Position numbers and translations under genes: made by a program. 64,000 nt of DNA, from the NCBI GenBank assembly GCA_030390025.1, contig CM059431.1, forward strand, positions 126,668,001 to 126,732,000, read 5' to 3'. Each line of letters begins with the position of its first letter. Position 1 is the first letter of the stretch. The notes below the pieces were generated by a model, which was given only the letters and a program-made list of their open reading frames with translations, searched no databases and was not told the origin of the DNA. This DNA is from Squalus acanthias (lineage: Eukaryota). Positions 50,701 to 63,519 of this stretch are shown one piece after another.

Positions 50701-52090
50701 AGGCTGATAGCTCTTTGTTGGCCGGTGCTGACACAATGGGCCGAAATGGCCTCCTTCCGTGCTGTAACTTTCTATGATTCTATGATTCTTTGTTCCAGTC
50801 TTACACAGGTCGCCTCTCTCACTTTTTGTTCGGTACATTGATGACTGTATTGGTGCCACTTCCTGATCTCGCCCCGAACTGCAAAATGTCATCAACTTTG
50901 CTTTCTATTTCCTCCCTTCCTTCGCCTTCACATGGTCCATCTCCGACTCTTCCCTTCCTCGACTTTTCTATCTCCATTTCTGGGGATAGGCTGTCGACCA
51001 AATCTTCTATAAGCCCAATCTGCCACCTTCCACACCAGTGCTTCCGATATGTCTTCCTTTTTCCTCAACCAAGGATTCCCCTCCACCCTGATTGACAAGG
51101 CCCTCGACTGTGTCCATCCCATTTCCCGCACTTCTGCCCTCACTGCTTCCCCTCCCTCCCAGAACCACGATATGGTTCCCCTTGTCCTCACCTTCATACC
51201 ACCAACTTTCACATTCAACAGATCATCCTTTTTTCCATTTCCACCACCTCCAGCACAATGCCACCACCAAATACTTCTTCCCCTCCCCTCTCCTTTCAAC
51301 ATTCTGAAGGAACTGTTCCCTCTGCGACATGCTGCTCCACTCTTCCATAACCCCCAACACTCCCACGCCTGCCCTTTCACCTCCTCCCTTCCCACTGTCC
51401 AGGGCCACAAGCGCTGCTTCCAGGTGAAACAGTGATTTACTTGTACGTCTTTCAATTTAGTATACTGAATTCGCTGCTCACGATGCGATCTCCTCTACAT
51501 TTTGAAGACCAAATGCAGATTGGGTGATTGCTTTGTTCAAAACCTACAGTTGGTCCGCAAGCATGACCCTGAGCATCCGGTCACTTGCCATTTTAATTCT
51601 CCATCCCACTCCAACTCTCTGCCCTTGGCCTCATACACTGTTCCAATGAAGCTTAACGGAAGCTCGAGGAACAGCACTTCATCTTTCTATTAGACTATTT
51701 ACAACCTTACAAACTCAACACTGTGTTCAAAAATTTCAGATCATATCCACGGCTCCCATTTTTTCAGACAGCAGATCTTTTGTCACCATCTGCAGCTCCT
51801 TTGGACCCATCTTTTGTTTCTTTGCTTGTCCCAGTACCATCCCCTTTTGCCTTGCACCATCATCCCTTTTGTCACTTAATCTCTCCAGCCTTCCACCCTA
51901 TCACAGCCCTTCCCTTTTGTTCTTTCCTCCCCTCCCCCCATTCCCTGCCTCTGTACTTGCTTAAAATCTGTTACCTCTCTAACTTTTTCCAGTTCTAACG
52001 AAAGGTCATCGACCTGACATGTTAACTCTGTTTCTCTCTCCACAGATGTTTCCTGGCCTGTTGAGTATTTCCAGCATTTTCTCTTTTTAT
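47712..52090 (+). mobile_element. Penelope-like element, decayed, interrupted by CR1 48866-50790
   Basis: Homologous to 20375-22748; terminal repeats at both ends. Confidence 0.85.
48866..50790 (+). mobile_element. 5'-truncated CR1 with a long open RT frame (49178-50629)
   Basis: 483-aa CR1 RT; catalytic FADD mutated to FAGD; TTCTATGA tail. Confidence 0.93.
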
Positions 52091-52091
52091 T

Positions 52092-53025
52092 ACCGAAACA
52101 GGCCATTTGGCCCAACCATTCTGTGCTGGTGTTTATACTCCACATGAGTCTCCTCCCATTATATCTGCCTCATTTCAGCCTTTCAGCATATCTTTCTACT
52201 CCTTTTTCCCTCATGTACTCGACTATTTTCCTTTTGAAAGCATCAAAGCTATTTGCCTTAACCACTTCCTGTGGTGGCAAGTTCCACATTCTAACCACTC
52301 TCTTTTGGATTTATTAGTAACTATCTTGTATTTATGGTCCCTAGTTTTAGATTCTCCCACAAGTACAGGTGGATACGTTCTCTCCACATCTACCCTGTCC
52401 AACCCATTCATTATTTTAAAGACCTCAATTAGGTCACTTCTAAGTCTTCTGTTTTCTAAAGAAAAAAACCTAACCTGTTCAATCTTTCCCGATAGCTGGA
52501 ATCTTTCAGTTCTGGTATCATCCTTGTAAATATCTTTTGCACTTTCTCCAGTGCTTCTATGTCCTTTTTATAGTATGGAGACCAGAGCTGTGCACAGTAC
52601 TCTAAGTGCAGCCTAACCAGGCTCCTATACAAGTTTAACATAACTTCACTACTTTTGAATTCAATACCCCTAGATATAAATCTCAGTGCTTTGTTAGCAT
52701 TTTTAATTGATTACTGACCTGTGATGCTGCTTTTAATGATTTGCTCACTTGTATCCCTGGATCCCTTTGCTCATCTACCCCATTCAGTTTCTTATTTTCT
52801 AAGGTGTAAGTGAAGTTTCTATTTTTCCTACTAAAGTGCATCACCTCCCATTCATCTATGTTAAAGTTCATTTGCCACTTAACTGCCCAATGTGCACATT
52901 TTCTAATGTCTTCTTGTATTATGTTGCATTCTTCAGTGTTAGTTTGGTATCATCTGCAAATTTTGATATAGAGTTACTTGTTCCTACGTTCATATCATTA
53001 ATGTAAATTATGAACAACAATGGTG
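52092..53025 (-). mobile_element. Old CR1 3' fragment
   Basis: LNLYRSLVRLHLEYCAQLWSP and related peptides. Confidence 0.8.
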
Positions 53026-53842
53026 AGTTCTAATAGGCAGAAATCTCACACAACAGATGTCCACCCATTTTTATGATCTTTATGCCCTCTTTATGCATGT
53101 TAACTTGGTATAACCGATTGGAAAATATACCCTAAAAAGTAGTGAAACTAATAGTTAATAGGTAGTATCCCAAAATGTCACCCTCACAACTAAATTACAA
53201 ATGAGCAAAGTTTACAAACCTTTACTGGCTGAAATTCCATTCAGCACACTATAGAAAATCCAGCTTAATCGTTCATGAAATTAATCAACTATAATGTTCC
53301 AGAATAAAGCTCTAAAAAGGTCATTCATTGCAATTTTCTTATTTATAACATTACCTTTTAAAACAAAATGATGCCATATTATTTTTTTCAAGAGGCATAC
53401 CATCATGAAAAAGTGTATGGCAACCTTTAGTTCTGTCTTCACACATTTACCTTGTGATACCCTGTTATGTTTTGATGTAACATGTCACACCGTGGTGCGT
53501 TTCTGAGCAAATCCAAAAAGATTTACTTATGAATTTTTTCCATGAAAGCAGTGATCTTTTGGGCAAACGCAGATCAGGATTCATGTTTATGTCTAAGTTC
53601 TATATGTACTTTCAAATTTGATTTTTGAATGGTCGTACATAAATGAGTAAGACATCACAGATTAAGCCTTGAGCAAGAATTCAGTAGGATATTGGTTACC
53701 AAGCAAATTCTTAATTAGTTCTTAGCTCACCTCAGCGATATCAAGAACTGAATATGACACAATTTGATATGTTAGTAACAACTATGTTATTTTGTTATTT
53801 TGCTATTGCTACGCAGGCAAGAATAATGCAATTGTCAAAATA

Positions 53843-54092
53843 CAGTAAACTCTTGTTTAAACGGCACTTAATCATCCGGAATTCTTTAATAACCGGCAAA
53901 ATAGATAACCGGTAATCTTGCCGAATCCATCCAGCACTCGTTTTGCCGAGTCCGAGTCTCCCGCGGTGGCCGAGTTAGTCATTGGTTTTTATTTTTGTTT
54001 GTGTTAAAAATAGCCTACCTCTGTTATCCAGAATTGTTCATCAACCGGCACCATCCTGGTCCCGTAGGTGCAGGATAAGAAAGAGTTTACTG
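53843..54092. mobile_element. Tc1/pogo (Tigger-like) MITE, 250 bp
   Basis: TIR CAGTAAACTC / GAGTTTACTG, extendable imperfectly to about 25 bp; flanks TA and CA. Confidence 0.7.
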
Positions 54093-55048
54093 CAATTATT
54101 GCAAACTGTGCACAAACTTAGTTTCAGAATTATAACACACATTAGCTGGGTTCAACTTCATATAGCATAACTCAGTTCAGAATTACAGTAGCAAAGCCTT
54201 AATTGGCTTGAAATTAACGGAGCATGACATTAATATTTAATTTTGAGGGTTGCAGTATGTGCTTAGCAAAGACAGCCCTTTGCAGTTTGTGTAGCAACGT
54301 AACAGATGATAAACATAAGCCATCTGCTGAAGGCTGTAAACTTGGATGACAGTCGTACAAAGACATACAGCTCTAGACTTTCCTCCTGTTTACTGCCCGT
54401 TTTGCTTTGTGGTGGATTTGGGGTGGATGGTGGAGGAAAATGGGCCGCGTAGGCCTAACACTAATTTCCCGCCAATTCAAAGCTCCATTGCAATTATTCT
54501 TTTTAATGTAGGCAGTACTTAGCGCTGTAGAATTCGCAAAATTATCGCGATTTTATAAAATAAGAAGGAGACATATAGGGCCAGAAATTGATCTGGCTCT
54601 GTTCCCGCGGGTGTAAGGAGCAGACGCGGTAATACATACCGCGTCTGCCGTTTCGTCTTTTCCACGGAGAAAATTCATCTTCTGGCTGATTGAGTGCAGG
54701 GCAGCGTATGACGTCACACTGCCCTGCAGTGCAGCGTGCGCGTTGCATCGCGTGCGATGTGGAGTGAAGACACGCCCATTAAGGTCTCTTTTCCATAGGC
54801 CACGCCCCCGATTTTTTTCTCCACTGAAACCATTGTACAGCTGCTGAAGACACAGTTTTCTCACTGTTTTAGGTGGAATTTGCAGTAAGTAGGATTTAAA
54901 TGCATGGTTTTGTAAACTTTTAAAGATTTTTAGTATAATTTGAGTAATGTTAAACATTTGCAAAGAGATTTAAAGTAATTTAAATAGTTTTAAAAGCACA
55001 GAAATCATTTTTTTCAGAGATTTAACTGTTTATAATCAGCAAACGAAA

Positions 55049-55705
55049 ATGGCTGCTATCAGCACTATCCAATTTATCAAAAGAACACAGAATTTCAGTG
55101 ATGATGATCTCCGTACACTTCTTGACGAGGTAGAATCGAAACCTTCACGGATAATTGGAACTCAGAAGTCCAAGCCGCCGCGAAAAGGCCAAATGGCAGC
55201 GTGGAAAGAGGTTGCTCAAAGTGTGAGCGCAACCTCGACCATTCCACGTACAGCTGAGCAATGTCGCAAAAAATTCAGCGATTTATATCGAACGCTGAAG
55301 GTTTGTATAGTTATAACAAAAGTCAATGTTAAAATGTCTTAACATTTAAAATGAAAAGCCTTGAAAAAGTGTTTGTTTGCTAAGCTGAGTTAACTGAAGT
55401 CACAAGATGCTCCCATAAATTTTTATGGCTTTTGTAGCCAGGCAAGTCTCATAAAATGCTAATGTCATCTTGATTGAAATGCTTTGAGTTGCTTACTGAG
55501 TCCTCTTGAAGGACTGTTGCAGAAACCCAATGTGGAAGTGCAGCTTAGTAAAATAAATGAGTCTCTTGAAGGACTCATGCGAATAATTTCTGCTGCAATT
55601 ACTGTGACTCCATCAGAACCAACCTTACCTGCTCCCAGCGCAGAATCAGTGCAGGTCCAAGAGCCACCAACGATGATGCAATCAAGAAAGCGCAAGAGAC
55701 GTTAG
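55049..55705 (+). pseudogene. Harbinger Myb/SANT-like DNA-binding protein (exon 55049-55300 plus C-terminal piece ending SRKRKRR)
   Basis: NFSDDDLRTLL...AAWKEVA...RTAEQCRKKFSDL, then AAG|GTTTGT donor. Confidence 0.8.
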
Positions 55706-56210
55706 GGTGTTGCATGTTCCACAATGCACATCCATTGACCCTCAGGAATAGTTTATTTGTGGTTAAATTTTTCAAGTGTTTAATTTTTAGTTTTATTTAA
55801 AACTTACATGTTTACATTTTTCTTTATTTATATATATATTTGACACTGAAACTGAAAGTTAGCTTTTCATTGAAAAAGTACAGCCTTTAGTCACTTTATA
55901 AAAATTCAAATTGTTTATTTTCACAAAAAAATTGAACATTTAAACTTGTTTACATTTAGGAAAGAGTTATTTCCCATCTTGAATGTTTTTACTGCATTAA
56001 CGAAGCAAAAAAGTTACTGAGAACTGTTAACAAATTTTTAAAAAACCTATTTCTGTTTACGATTGTTTACAAAGTTGAAAAGTAGCTAGTTAACATTGAA
56101 AAGTTATAAACTATGTAAAGCAACAATGAACCTCAGAAGTCTGTAATGCTGCAATAAAAGAGCACTGTTTCACTTTAAATTGTGTCTGTACCTTTATTTG
56201 CCTTGCTGGT

Positions 56211-56555
56211 GGAGAGGGAGAGGGAGGGGGAGGGGGAGAGGGAGAGGGAGAGGGAGAGGGAGGGGCAGAGGGAGAGGGAGAGGGAGGGGGAGAGGGAGAG
56301 GGAGGGGGAGAGGGAGGGGGAGAGGGAGGGGGAGAGGGAGGGGGGAGAGGGAGAGGGAGAGGGAGAGGGAGGGGGAGAGGGAGGGGGAGAGGGAGGGGGA
56401 GAGGGAGAGGGAGAGGGAGAGGGAGGGGGAGAGGGAGGGGGAGAGGGAGGGGGAGAGGGAGAGGGAGGGGGAGAGGGAGGGGGAGAGGGAGGGGGAGGGG
56501 GGAGGGGGAGGGGGAGGGGGAGAGGGAGGAGGAGGGGGAGGGGGAGGGGGAGCGG
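56211..56555. repeat. Polypurine (GGGAGA/GAGGGG)n low-complexity repeat
   Basis: About 345 nt almost entirely G and A. Confidence 0.97.
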
Positions 56556-56571
56556 GAGGTACAAGGCGACA

Positions 56572-57000
56572 CTACCTCGTGAAGGTGTTGGCTACCAGCT
56601 GCTCCCGAGCAGCCTTACTTTGAGCAGCAGTTGGCTCTTCCCCATCATGCCTTCCCACAGGCACATTGGCATTGTCCACGTCCTCCATTTCTGCAGGTAG
56701 TTCATCTGCAGCGTTAAGGGTCAGTCCTTCCTGCAGGGCAAAGTTATGCAAAGCACAACAGGCCACCACAATCTTTGCCACTTTCTGAGGAGAATACTGC
56801 AAGGTCCCCCCTGACCTGTCCAGGCACCGGAAGCGTGATTTCAGAACTCCAATTGTCCTCTCCACCACTTGCCGTGTGGACACGTGTGCCTGGTTGTATC
56901 TCTCCTGAGCCTCATTATTGGTCTTGCGGTAGGGAGTCATCAGCCATGGTCTTAGCGGGTAGCCCTTGTCGCCCAATATCCATGCGGATCCTGGAGGCAA
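56572..57000 (-). pseudogene. Harbinger DDE transposase, C-terminal part only
   Basis: WILGDKGYPLRPWLMTP, YNQAH, VVERTIGVLKSRFRCL, CCALHN. Confidence 0.9.
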
Positions 57001-58017
57001 TGCGTTGAGGACGCCATATAAGTCAGAGTTACGGAGGACGATTGCAAAAGGGCATCTTTCTCTCACACAGGCTTCCTCCTCAAACTGAAAGTTGTAATGA
57101 AAAAATGGAAATAGTTGTTAAAGTAACTTTAGTTAAGTGAGTGGCTATAAAATCAGGTCAGGCTATGGTGGGATACGTGCGCTATCAGCTTGGGAACAAA
57201 TCTACCCGCCACACGGCCCTAGCTGATTTTCCAAAACTGTAACATTTTCATAAATTCATACATACATACATACATACTTACTTACTCATTTTCATCTTTA
57301 AAACTTTTTGAAACGTAAACAGTTCATTTTTAAACTTTCATTTTCACAGATAGATACCTAAATATGCCTTGTACACACCCACAGTTGCTATACTACTCCA
57401 AATGGTCAAAACCCGTTTAAAAAATTTTTTTTTTAAAACTCTTAACTTATATAAGACTTCATTTAAAACTTTTGTGTCTTTCAGATTTAAAAAACTCACC
57501 TCAGTAGCCACACTCCAAAAGGATTTCTTCCTCCTACTATCTCGGTAAATGTATAAATGGCTGCTGCTCCTGGTTTTAAAATGTGTAACTGCTAGGAGCT
57601 TACACACACTACTCTCATTCACAAAATACATGAATTTTCCGACGCACGCGCAGAATCACCAGCCCACGCGATTACTCGCATATCCATGAAACTGACCAGA
57701 CATGAAGTGCTGGTTTTCCGCGCATGCGCAGTGCATGCAGAAAACCGGCAATTGCAGAGGGAATACGCGAGTGTACGCAGTGCATACACTCGCGCACCAG
57801 GATGAATTTTTGGGCCATAGTTTCGTACAAACAGCTTTATTTCAGCAGAATGCTGTCAGGTTTTCAAAGTGGACACAAACAGCCTGTAAAAATGGCCGCC
57901 ACGCCTCGTGGCAGAACGTTCTAGACTTTCAATGAGCAGACAAGATGGCGTTCCAATAAACATTTGTGCGAGATCGTACAAGACTCAGCACATTTGAGAT
58001 AATTCACAAGACATAAT

Positions 58018-58910
58018 GGGGTAAAAATTCACTTGGTTGCGCCTCCCGTTAGCGCCTTAAGAGGGCGCTAATGGGGCGCAAAGCCGCTAACGCCCGGGCG
58101 CAGCGATGTTTGCGCCGCTCGAGAACTTAACTTGAGATTGTGCGGCGGCGCTAAAACTTACCGCTGCGACCACCTGCGCGCGCAGATTGTGACGTCATTC
58201 CATGGTGCAACGCCCTTGTGGCGCCCCGTAGCGGAAATTGAGTGGCGCCCCCTGCCTTACCGCCTGGCGCTTCCAACGACCAGAAGACTGGAACGCTATC
58301 AATCGCTGTGGGGCTGGGGGGGGCGCTATTTAAAGGGGGCCTCTTCCTGCCTTTTATTGTTGGTGGCATTTTTGAACTACGCATTCTGAGAGAGAGAGGG
58401 AGAGACTTCTGGAGAGATTCAACGTTGTGTGAAGGAGTTTTGGGTACTGAGCAGCACTTTGCAGGTTCATTTTGATTTGCCATTCCTTGTATCGATTTAG
58501 CAGAGACTGTGAGAGCTGCACTCAGGGCTCTTTGCCTGGTACTCTCCATTGTTCTTTCCAGCACATTTGATGTGTAAGTCTCTCCAGGCCGAGATTCAAG
58601 GCTGCAATGAACAGGATGTGGATGGAAAGCAAGATTAACCATCCCCTTTAAGAATTGGCCCGTGCCATTGTGTGTGTGTTCCATTGCTGACTGACATTAC
58701 ATGAGCTTCGCCAGCGCTCCGAGTTAGCGCCTCACTGCTCGGCCTTTGCGCCTTAAGAGAGGTGTGCAGTGCCTGCTTTAGCGCTCCACTCACCTCCCGG
58801 GGCGGTAAAAGTGAAGTTTCCTGTCAGTGCCGATAATTAGCGCCAGGCGCTAATATTTGCGTCCGGACGATATTTGCGCCCCAAATGGGGCGCGACCTAA
58901 TTTCTACCCC
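58018..58910. mobile_element. Harbinger-like MITE
   Basis: TIRs GGGGTAAAAATT / AATTTCTACCCC; AAT TSD; repeated TTAGCGCC/GGCGCTAA subterminal motifs. Confidence 0.85.
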
Positions 58911-58956
58911 AATGGGTTTGCATTTTACACATAAATACTGGAATCGGTCTCCCAGG

Positions 58957-60186
58957 TGCGAATAAGGGCTATTGTACCGAGCGATCAAGAACCCATCCAA
59001 AGACATTAATATGCAAAATCCCCACGACTCTACGATGAGAGAGCCGTTTGCGGGTAGTTACAGAAAACATTTGGAAGCCCCAAAACCCCTCCAGGGAGAA
59101 TACTGACCGGTTCCACAATGGGAGAAGTATTAACGGGTACTCAGACAGTTACAAGTATCACCGAAACCCATTAAACGGAGATCACCCTATACAAGAAGTT
59201 TGAGCGCCAAAACCCTGACAAAAGAAAGACATTAAGATTGGGCGGGAAAAGAGGAATTACAGCACTATAACTGTAAGGTACAACCGTCCATCTTTCTCTT
59301 GCCGTTTGCTCTTGCCTCTTGACTCTTGGATCTTGACTCTTGACTGCTGTCTCTGCCTCTTGCTGCTCGACTTGCTGGCAGACTATTGAACTTTCTGATC
59401 CGCCAGGATCAACCTCGTGGCTTGCCGCGAAGATCTGTGAAGAACTGGGCTGTGAAGCCTTGAAACGGGCACACCATCCCGAGAAGTCGGTAAATGGTGT
59501 TGGAACCGAAGGCCCGAGATGAGATGAGATGAGAAGCGAAGAAGACGACAATACGTATCGCCACGGTCAGTAAGCCCCGACCGCGCCTATAGGTCGAATA
59601 AACACTTTCCTTGCCCAGGAAGACCATTCTTTGAGTTTTACAAACTGGTGAGGGCACAGGAAGACTATATTTTGAGTCGTGTCGGAACTCCGAGGACAAC
59701 ACAGATCTTCATGACAGCAGACGGTCCAGCCTGCTAGCCGGAGCAGAGACGAGTAAACAAGTGGGGTACAGAGACCCCTGATCAACACGTGGGTGGTCAG
59801 GTGCTGCGGGAAAAACATCCGAGCAGAGTTTCGGAATTCTCCGAGTTATCACGAGTGGTGAGCATGAGTCTCAATCCTACAAAACTAGTTTAGGACAGGT
59901 ATTGATAGGGGAGGGTTTAAGTTTTAAGGATAATTGTAATGTGTGTCCCCTTTTACGATGTGTCGTGCGCTCCTCGTTTCCCTAAAATCAGTTACATAAC
60001 TGCGTGTAAGATTGTACTGTCATTAATCTGTGCTTATGACATGTATTTCGTAATCTTGAATAATATGCAATAAAGATTTTCCATTTCGCACTATTCAACC
60101 GGGTCTACCTGAGTTTTCTCTGCATTATTGCTCTCACACCTAAGTCCAGTGTCAGAACCGTAAGGGCGAGTGGGTCGAATCACTCA
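58957..60186 (+). mobile_element. Probable solo LTR of an unrelated ERV/LTR element (~1230 bp)
   Basis: TG...CA flanked by CAGG (58953-58956, 60187-60190); TATAA near 59266 followed by CTCTTG-type repeats; AATAAA near 60069; CpG-rich and non-coding. The right end could instead be 60202 (CCAGG duplication). Confidence 0.55.
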
Positions 60187-60414
60187 CAGGGGTCTAGTGT
60201 TACCAGGCTGGCTGGAGACCAGAACAGGCAACAAGGCCTAACCTCGCACTAGCACCCAGGCTAAGCACAGAGCCACAGGTCTCACCCCTTACAGCGCCAA
60301 CTGCCCAACACAAGTAAATTACTTCTAAATAATGTTCAACATTGCATTTCCCTCCCTTACTGTGTGTGGCCAGTTTACAAAAGACAGTGCCTGTGTAAAA
60401 AAAGAAAGACTTTC

Positions 60415-62945
60415 TTTTATAGAGATGCATGTAACAAGGGTACTACAGTAATCATGGGTGACTTTAATCTACATATAGACTGGCCAAACCAAATTAGCAA
60501 TAATACTGTGGAGGATGAATTCCTGGAGTGTGTACGAGATGGTTTTTTAGACCAGTACATTGAGGAGCCAACAAGGGAACAGGTTATCCTAGATTGGGTA
60601 TTGTGCAATGAGAAGGAGTTAATTAATAATCTTGTTGTGCGGGGTCCTTCAGGGAAGGGTGACCATAACATGATAGAATTCTTCATTAAGATGGAAAGTG
60701 AAGAAGTCCAATCCGAAAATAGGATCCTTAATCTAAACAAAGGAAACTACAAAGGTATGAGGAGTGAGTTGGCTACGATAGATTGGGGAGCTTCATTAAA
60801 AGGCATGATGGTGGATAGGCAATGGCTAACATTTAAGGAACGAATGCATGAATTGCAATAGTTATACATTCCTTTCTGGTGCAAAAACACAAAGGGAAAA
60901 GCGGCCCAACCATGGTTAACAAAAGAAATTAAGGACAGTGTTAGATCCAAAGAGGAGTCATATAAAGTTGCCAGAAAAAGTAGCAAGCCTGAGGATTGGG
61001 AGCAGTTTAGAATTCAGCAAAAAAGGACCAAGAGATTGATTAAGAGGGGAAAAATAGAGTATGAGAGTAAACTTGCAAAGAACATAAAAGCAGACTGTAA
61101 AAGCTTCTATAAGTATGTAAAAAGAAAAAGATTAGTGAAGACAAATGTAGGTCCCTTACAGTCAGAAACGAGAGAATTTATAATGGTGAACAAGGAAATA
61201 GCATGGCAATCAAACAAATACTTTGGTTCTGTCTTCAGAGAAGAGGACACAAATAACTTCCCAGAAATGCTAGGGAACCAAGGATCTCGTGAGAAGGAGG
61301 AATTAAAGGAACTTCGTATTAGTAAAAAAATAGTGCTGGAGAAATTAATGGGACTGAAAGCTGATAAATCCCCAGGGCCTGATAATCTGCATCCCAGAGT
61401 GCTAAAAGAGGTAGCCATGGAAATAATGGATGCATTGGTTGTCATCTTCCAAAATTCTGTAGATTATGAAACAGTTCCTGCAGATTGGAGGGTGGCAAAT
61501 GTAACCCCACTATTTAAAAAAGGAGGGAGAGAGAAAACAGGGAACTACAGCCTAACATCAGTAGTAGGGAAAATGCTAGAGTCTATTATAAAGGATGTGA
61601 TAACAGGACATGTAGAAAATATCAACGGGATTAGACAAAGTGAACATGGATTTATGAAAGGGAAATCGTGTTTGACAAACCTGCTGAAGGTTTTTGAGTA
61701 TGTAACTGGTAGAATAGATAAGGGAGAACCAGTGGATGTGGTGTATTTGGATTTTCAGAAGGCCTTTGATAAAGTCCCACATAAGAGGTTAGTATGCAAA
61801 ATTAAAGCTCATGGGATTGGGGGTAATATACTGGCATGAATTGAAAATTGGTTAACAGACAGGAAACAGAGAGTATGAATAAATGGGTCTTTTTCGGGGT
61901 GGCAGGCGTGGACTAGTGGGGTACCACAGGGATCAGTGCTTGGGCCCCAGCTATTCACAATATATATCAATGATTTGGATGAGGGAACTAAATGTAATAT
62001 TTCCAAGTTTGCTGATTTCATGAAACTAGGTGGGATTGTGAGTTGTGAGGAGGATGCAAAGTGGCTTCAAGGCGATTTAGACAAGTTGAGTGAGTGGGTA
62101 AATACATGGCAGATGCAGTATAAAGTGGATAAATGTGAAGTTATCCACTTCGGTAGGAAAAACAGAAAGGCAGAGTATTATTTAAATGGTGATAGATTGG
62201 GAAATGTTGATGTACAGAGGGACCTGGGTGTCCTTGTACACCAGTCACTGAAAGCAAACATGCAGGTGCAGCAAGCAGTTAGGAAGGCAAATGGTATATT
62301 GGCCTTCATTGCAAGAGGATTTGAGTACAGGAGCAAGGATGTCTTACTACAGTTATACAGGGCCTTGGTGAGACCACACCTGGAGTACTGTGTGCAGTTT
62401 TGGTCTCCTTACCTAAGAAAGGATGTACTTGCCATAGAGGGAGTGCAGCGAAGGTTCACCAGACTGATTCCTGGGATGGCAGGACTGTCGTATGAGGAGA
62501 GATTGGGTCGACTAGGCCTGTATTCACTAGAGTTTAGAAGAATGAGAGGGTATCTCATTGAAACGTATAAAATTCTGACAGGGCTAGACAGACTGGATGC
62601 AGGGAGGATGTTTCTCCTGGCTGGGGGGGTCTAGAACGAGGGGTCACAGTATCAGGATACGGGGTAGGACATTTAGGACTGAGATGAGGAGAAATTTCTT
62701 CCCTCAGAGGGTGGTGAACCTGTGGAATTCTCTACCACAGAAGGCTGTGGAGGCTAAGCCACTGAATATATTTAAGAAGGAGATACATAGTTTTCTGACA
62801 CAAGGGGCATCAAGGTTGTATGGGGAGAGAGCGGGAATATGGTATTGAGATAGAGGATCAGCCATCATCATATTGAATGGCGGAGCAGGCTCGAAGGGCC
62901 GAATGGCTTATTCATGCTTCTAGTTTTCTTTATTTCTATGTTTCT
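60415..62945 (+). mobile_element. CR1 LINE ORF2 (end of APE through RT and 3'UTR), decayed
   Basis: MGDFN, GDHN, KSPGPDNLHP, YLDFQKAFDKVPH, RPHLEYCVQFWSP. Confidence 0.93.
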
Positions 62946-62949
62946 ATCT

Positions 62950-63377
62950 ACTTTCATGACTACCGGATGTCCCAAAGTGCTTTACAGCCAACAAAGTACT
63001 TTTTTTTGGAGTGTAGTCACTGTTGTACTATAGGAAGCATGGCAGCCAATTTGCGCACAGCAAGTTGCCATAAACAGCAATGTGATAATGACCAGATAAT
63101 CTGTTTTAGCGATGTTGATTGAGGGATAAATATTGACGAGGGCACCGGGGATAACACCCCTGGTCTTCTTCGAAATAGTGCCATGGGATATTTTACGTCC
63201 ACCTGAAAGAGCAGACAGACCTCAGCTTAACGTCTCATCCAAAAGACAGCACCTCCAACAGTGCAGCACTGGAGTGTCAGCCTAGATTTTTGAGATCAAG
63301 GCTCATGGAGTGGGACTTGAACCCAAAACCTTCTGACTCAGAGGTGACTGGGCTATCCACTGAGCCACAGCTGACAC
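62950..63377 (-). mobile_element. Near full-length tRNA-derived Deu-domain SINE (SacSINE1-like)
   Basis: A box TGGCTCAGTGG, B box GGTTCAAGTCCC, Deu-like core, L2-like 3' part. Confidence 0.8.
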
Positions 63378-63519
63378 TGCTACTAAAGGATTTGGTTGCT
63401 GGTTGCTATGTGGCATTAGCCAGGTGGAAGTACTAGTAATGATCATTTATTCAGAAGAATTTTTTGTCTGTTCAATCTTTCTTAGTCAATTCCTATTTTT
63501 CGTCATACTTTTCACTTTA

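Larger units (their letters stand above)
54578..57816. mobile_element. PIF/Harbinger DNA transposon, internally deleted, with convergent Myb-like and transposase genes
   Basis: TIRs GGGCCAGAAATT / AATTTTTGGGCC; ATA TSD; both Harbinger genes recognisable. Confidence 0.9.

Noticed and set aside
56111..56700. Pro-rich, RG-rich and GE-rich ORFs
   Set aside because: Translation artefacts of the (GGGAGA)n repeat.
63300..63377. tRNA gene
   Set aside because: The A and B boxes belong to a SINE head; no complete cloverleaf.
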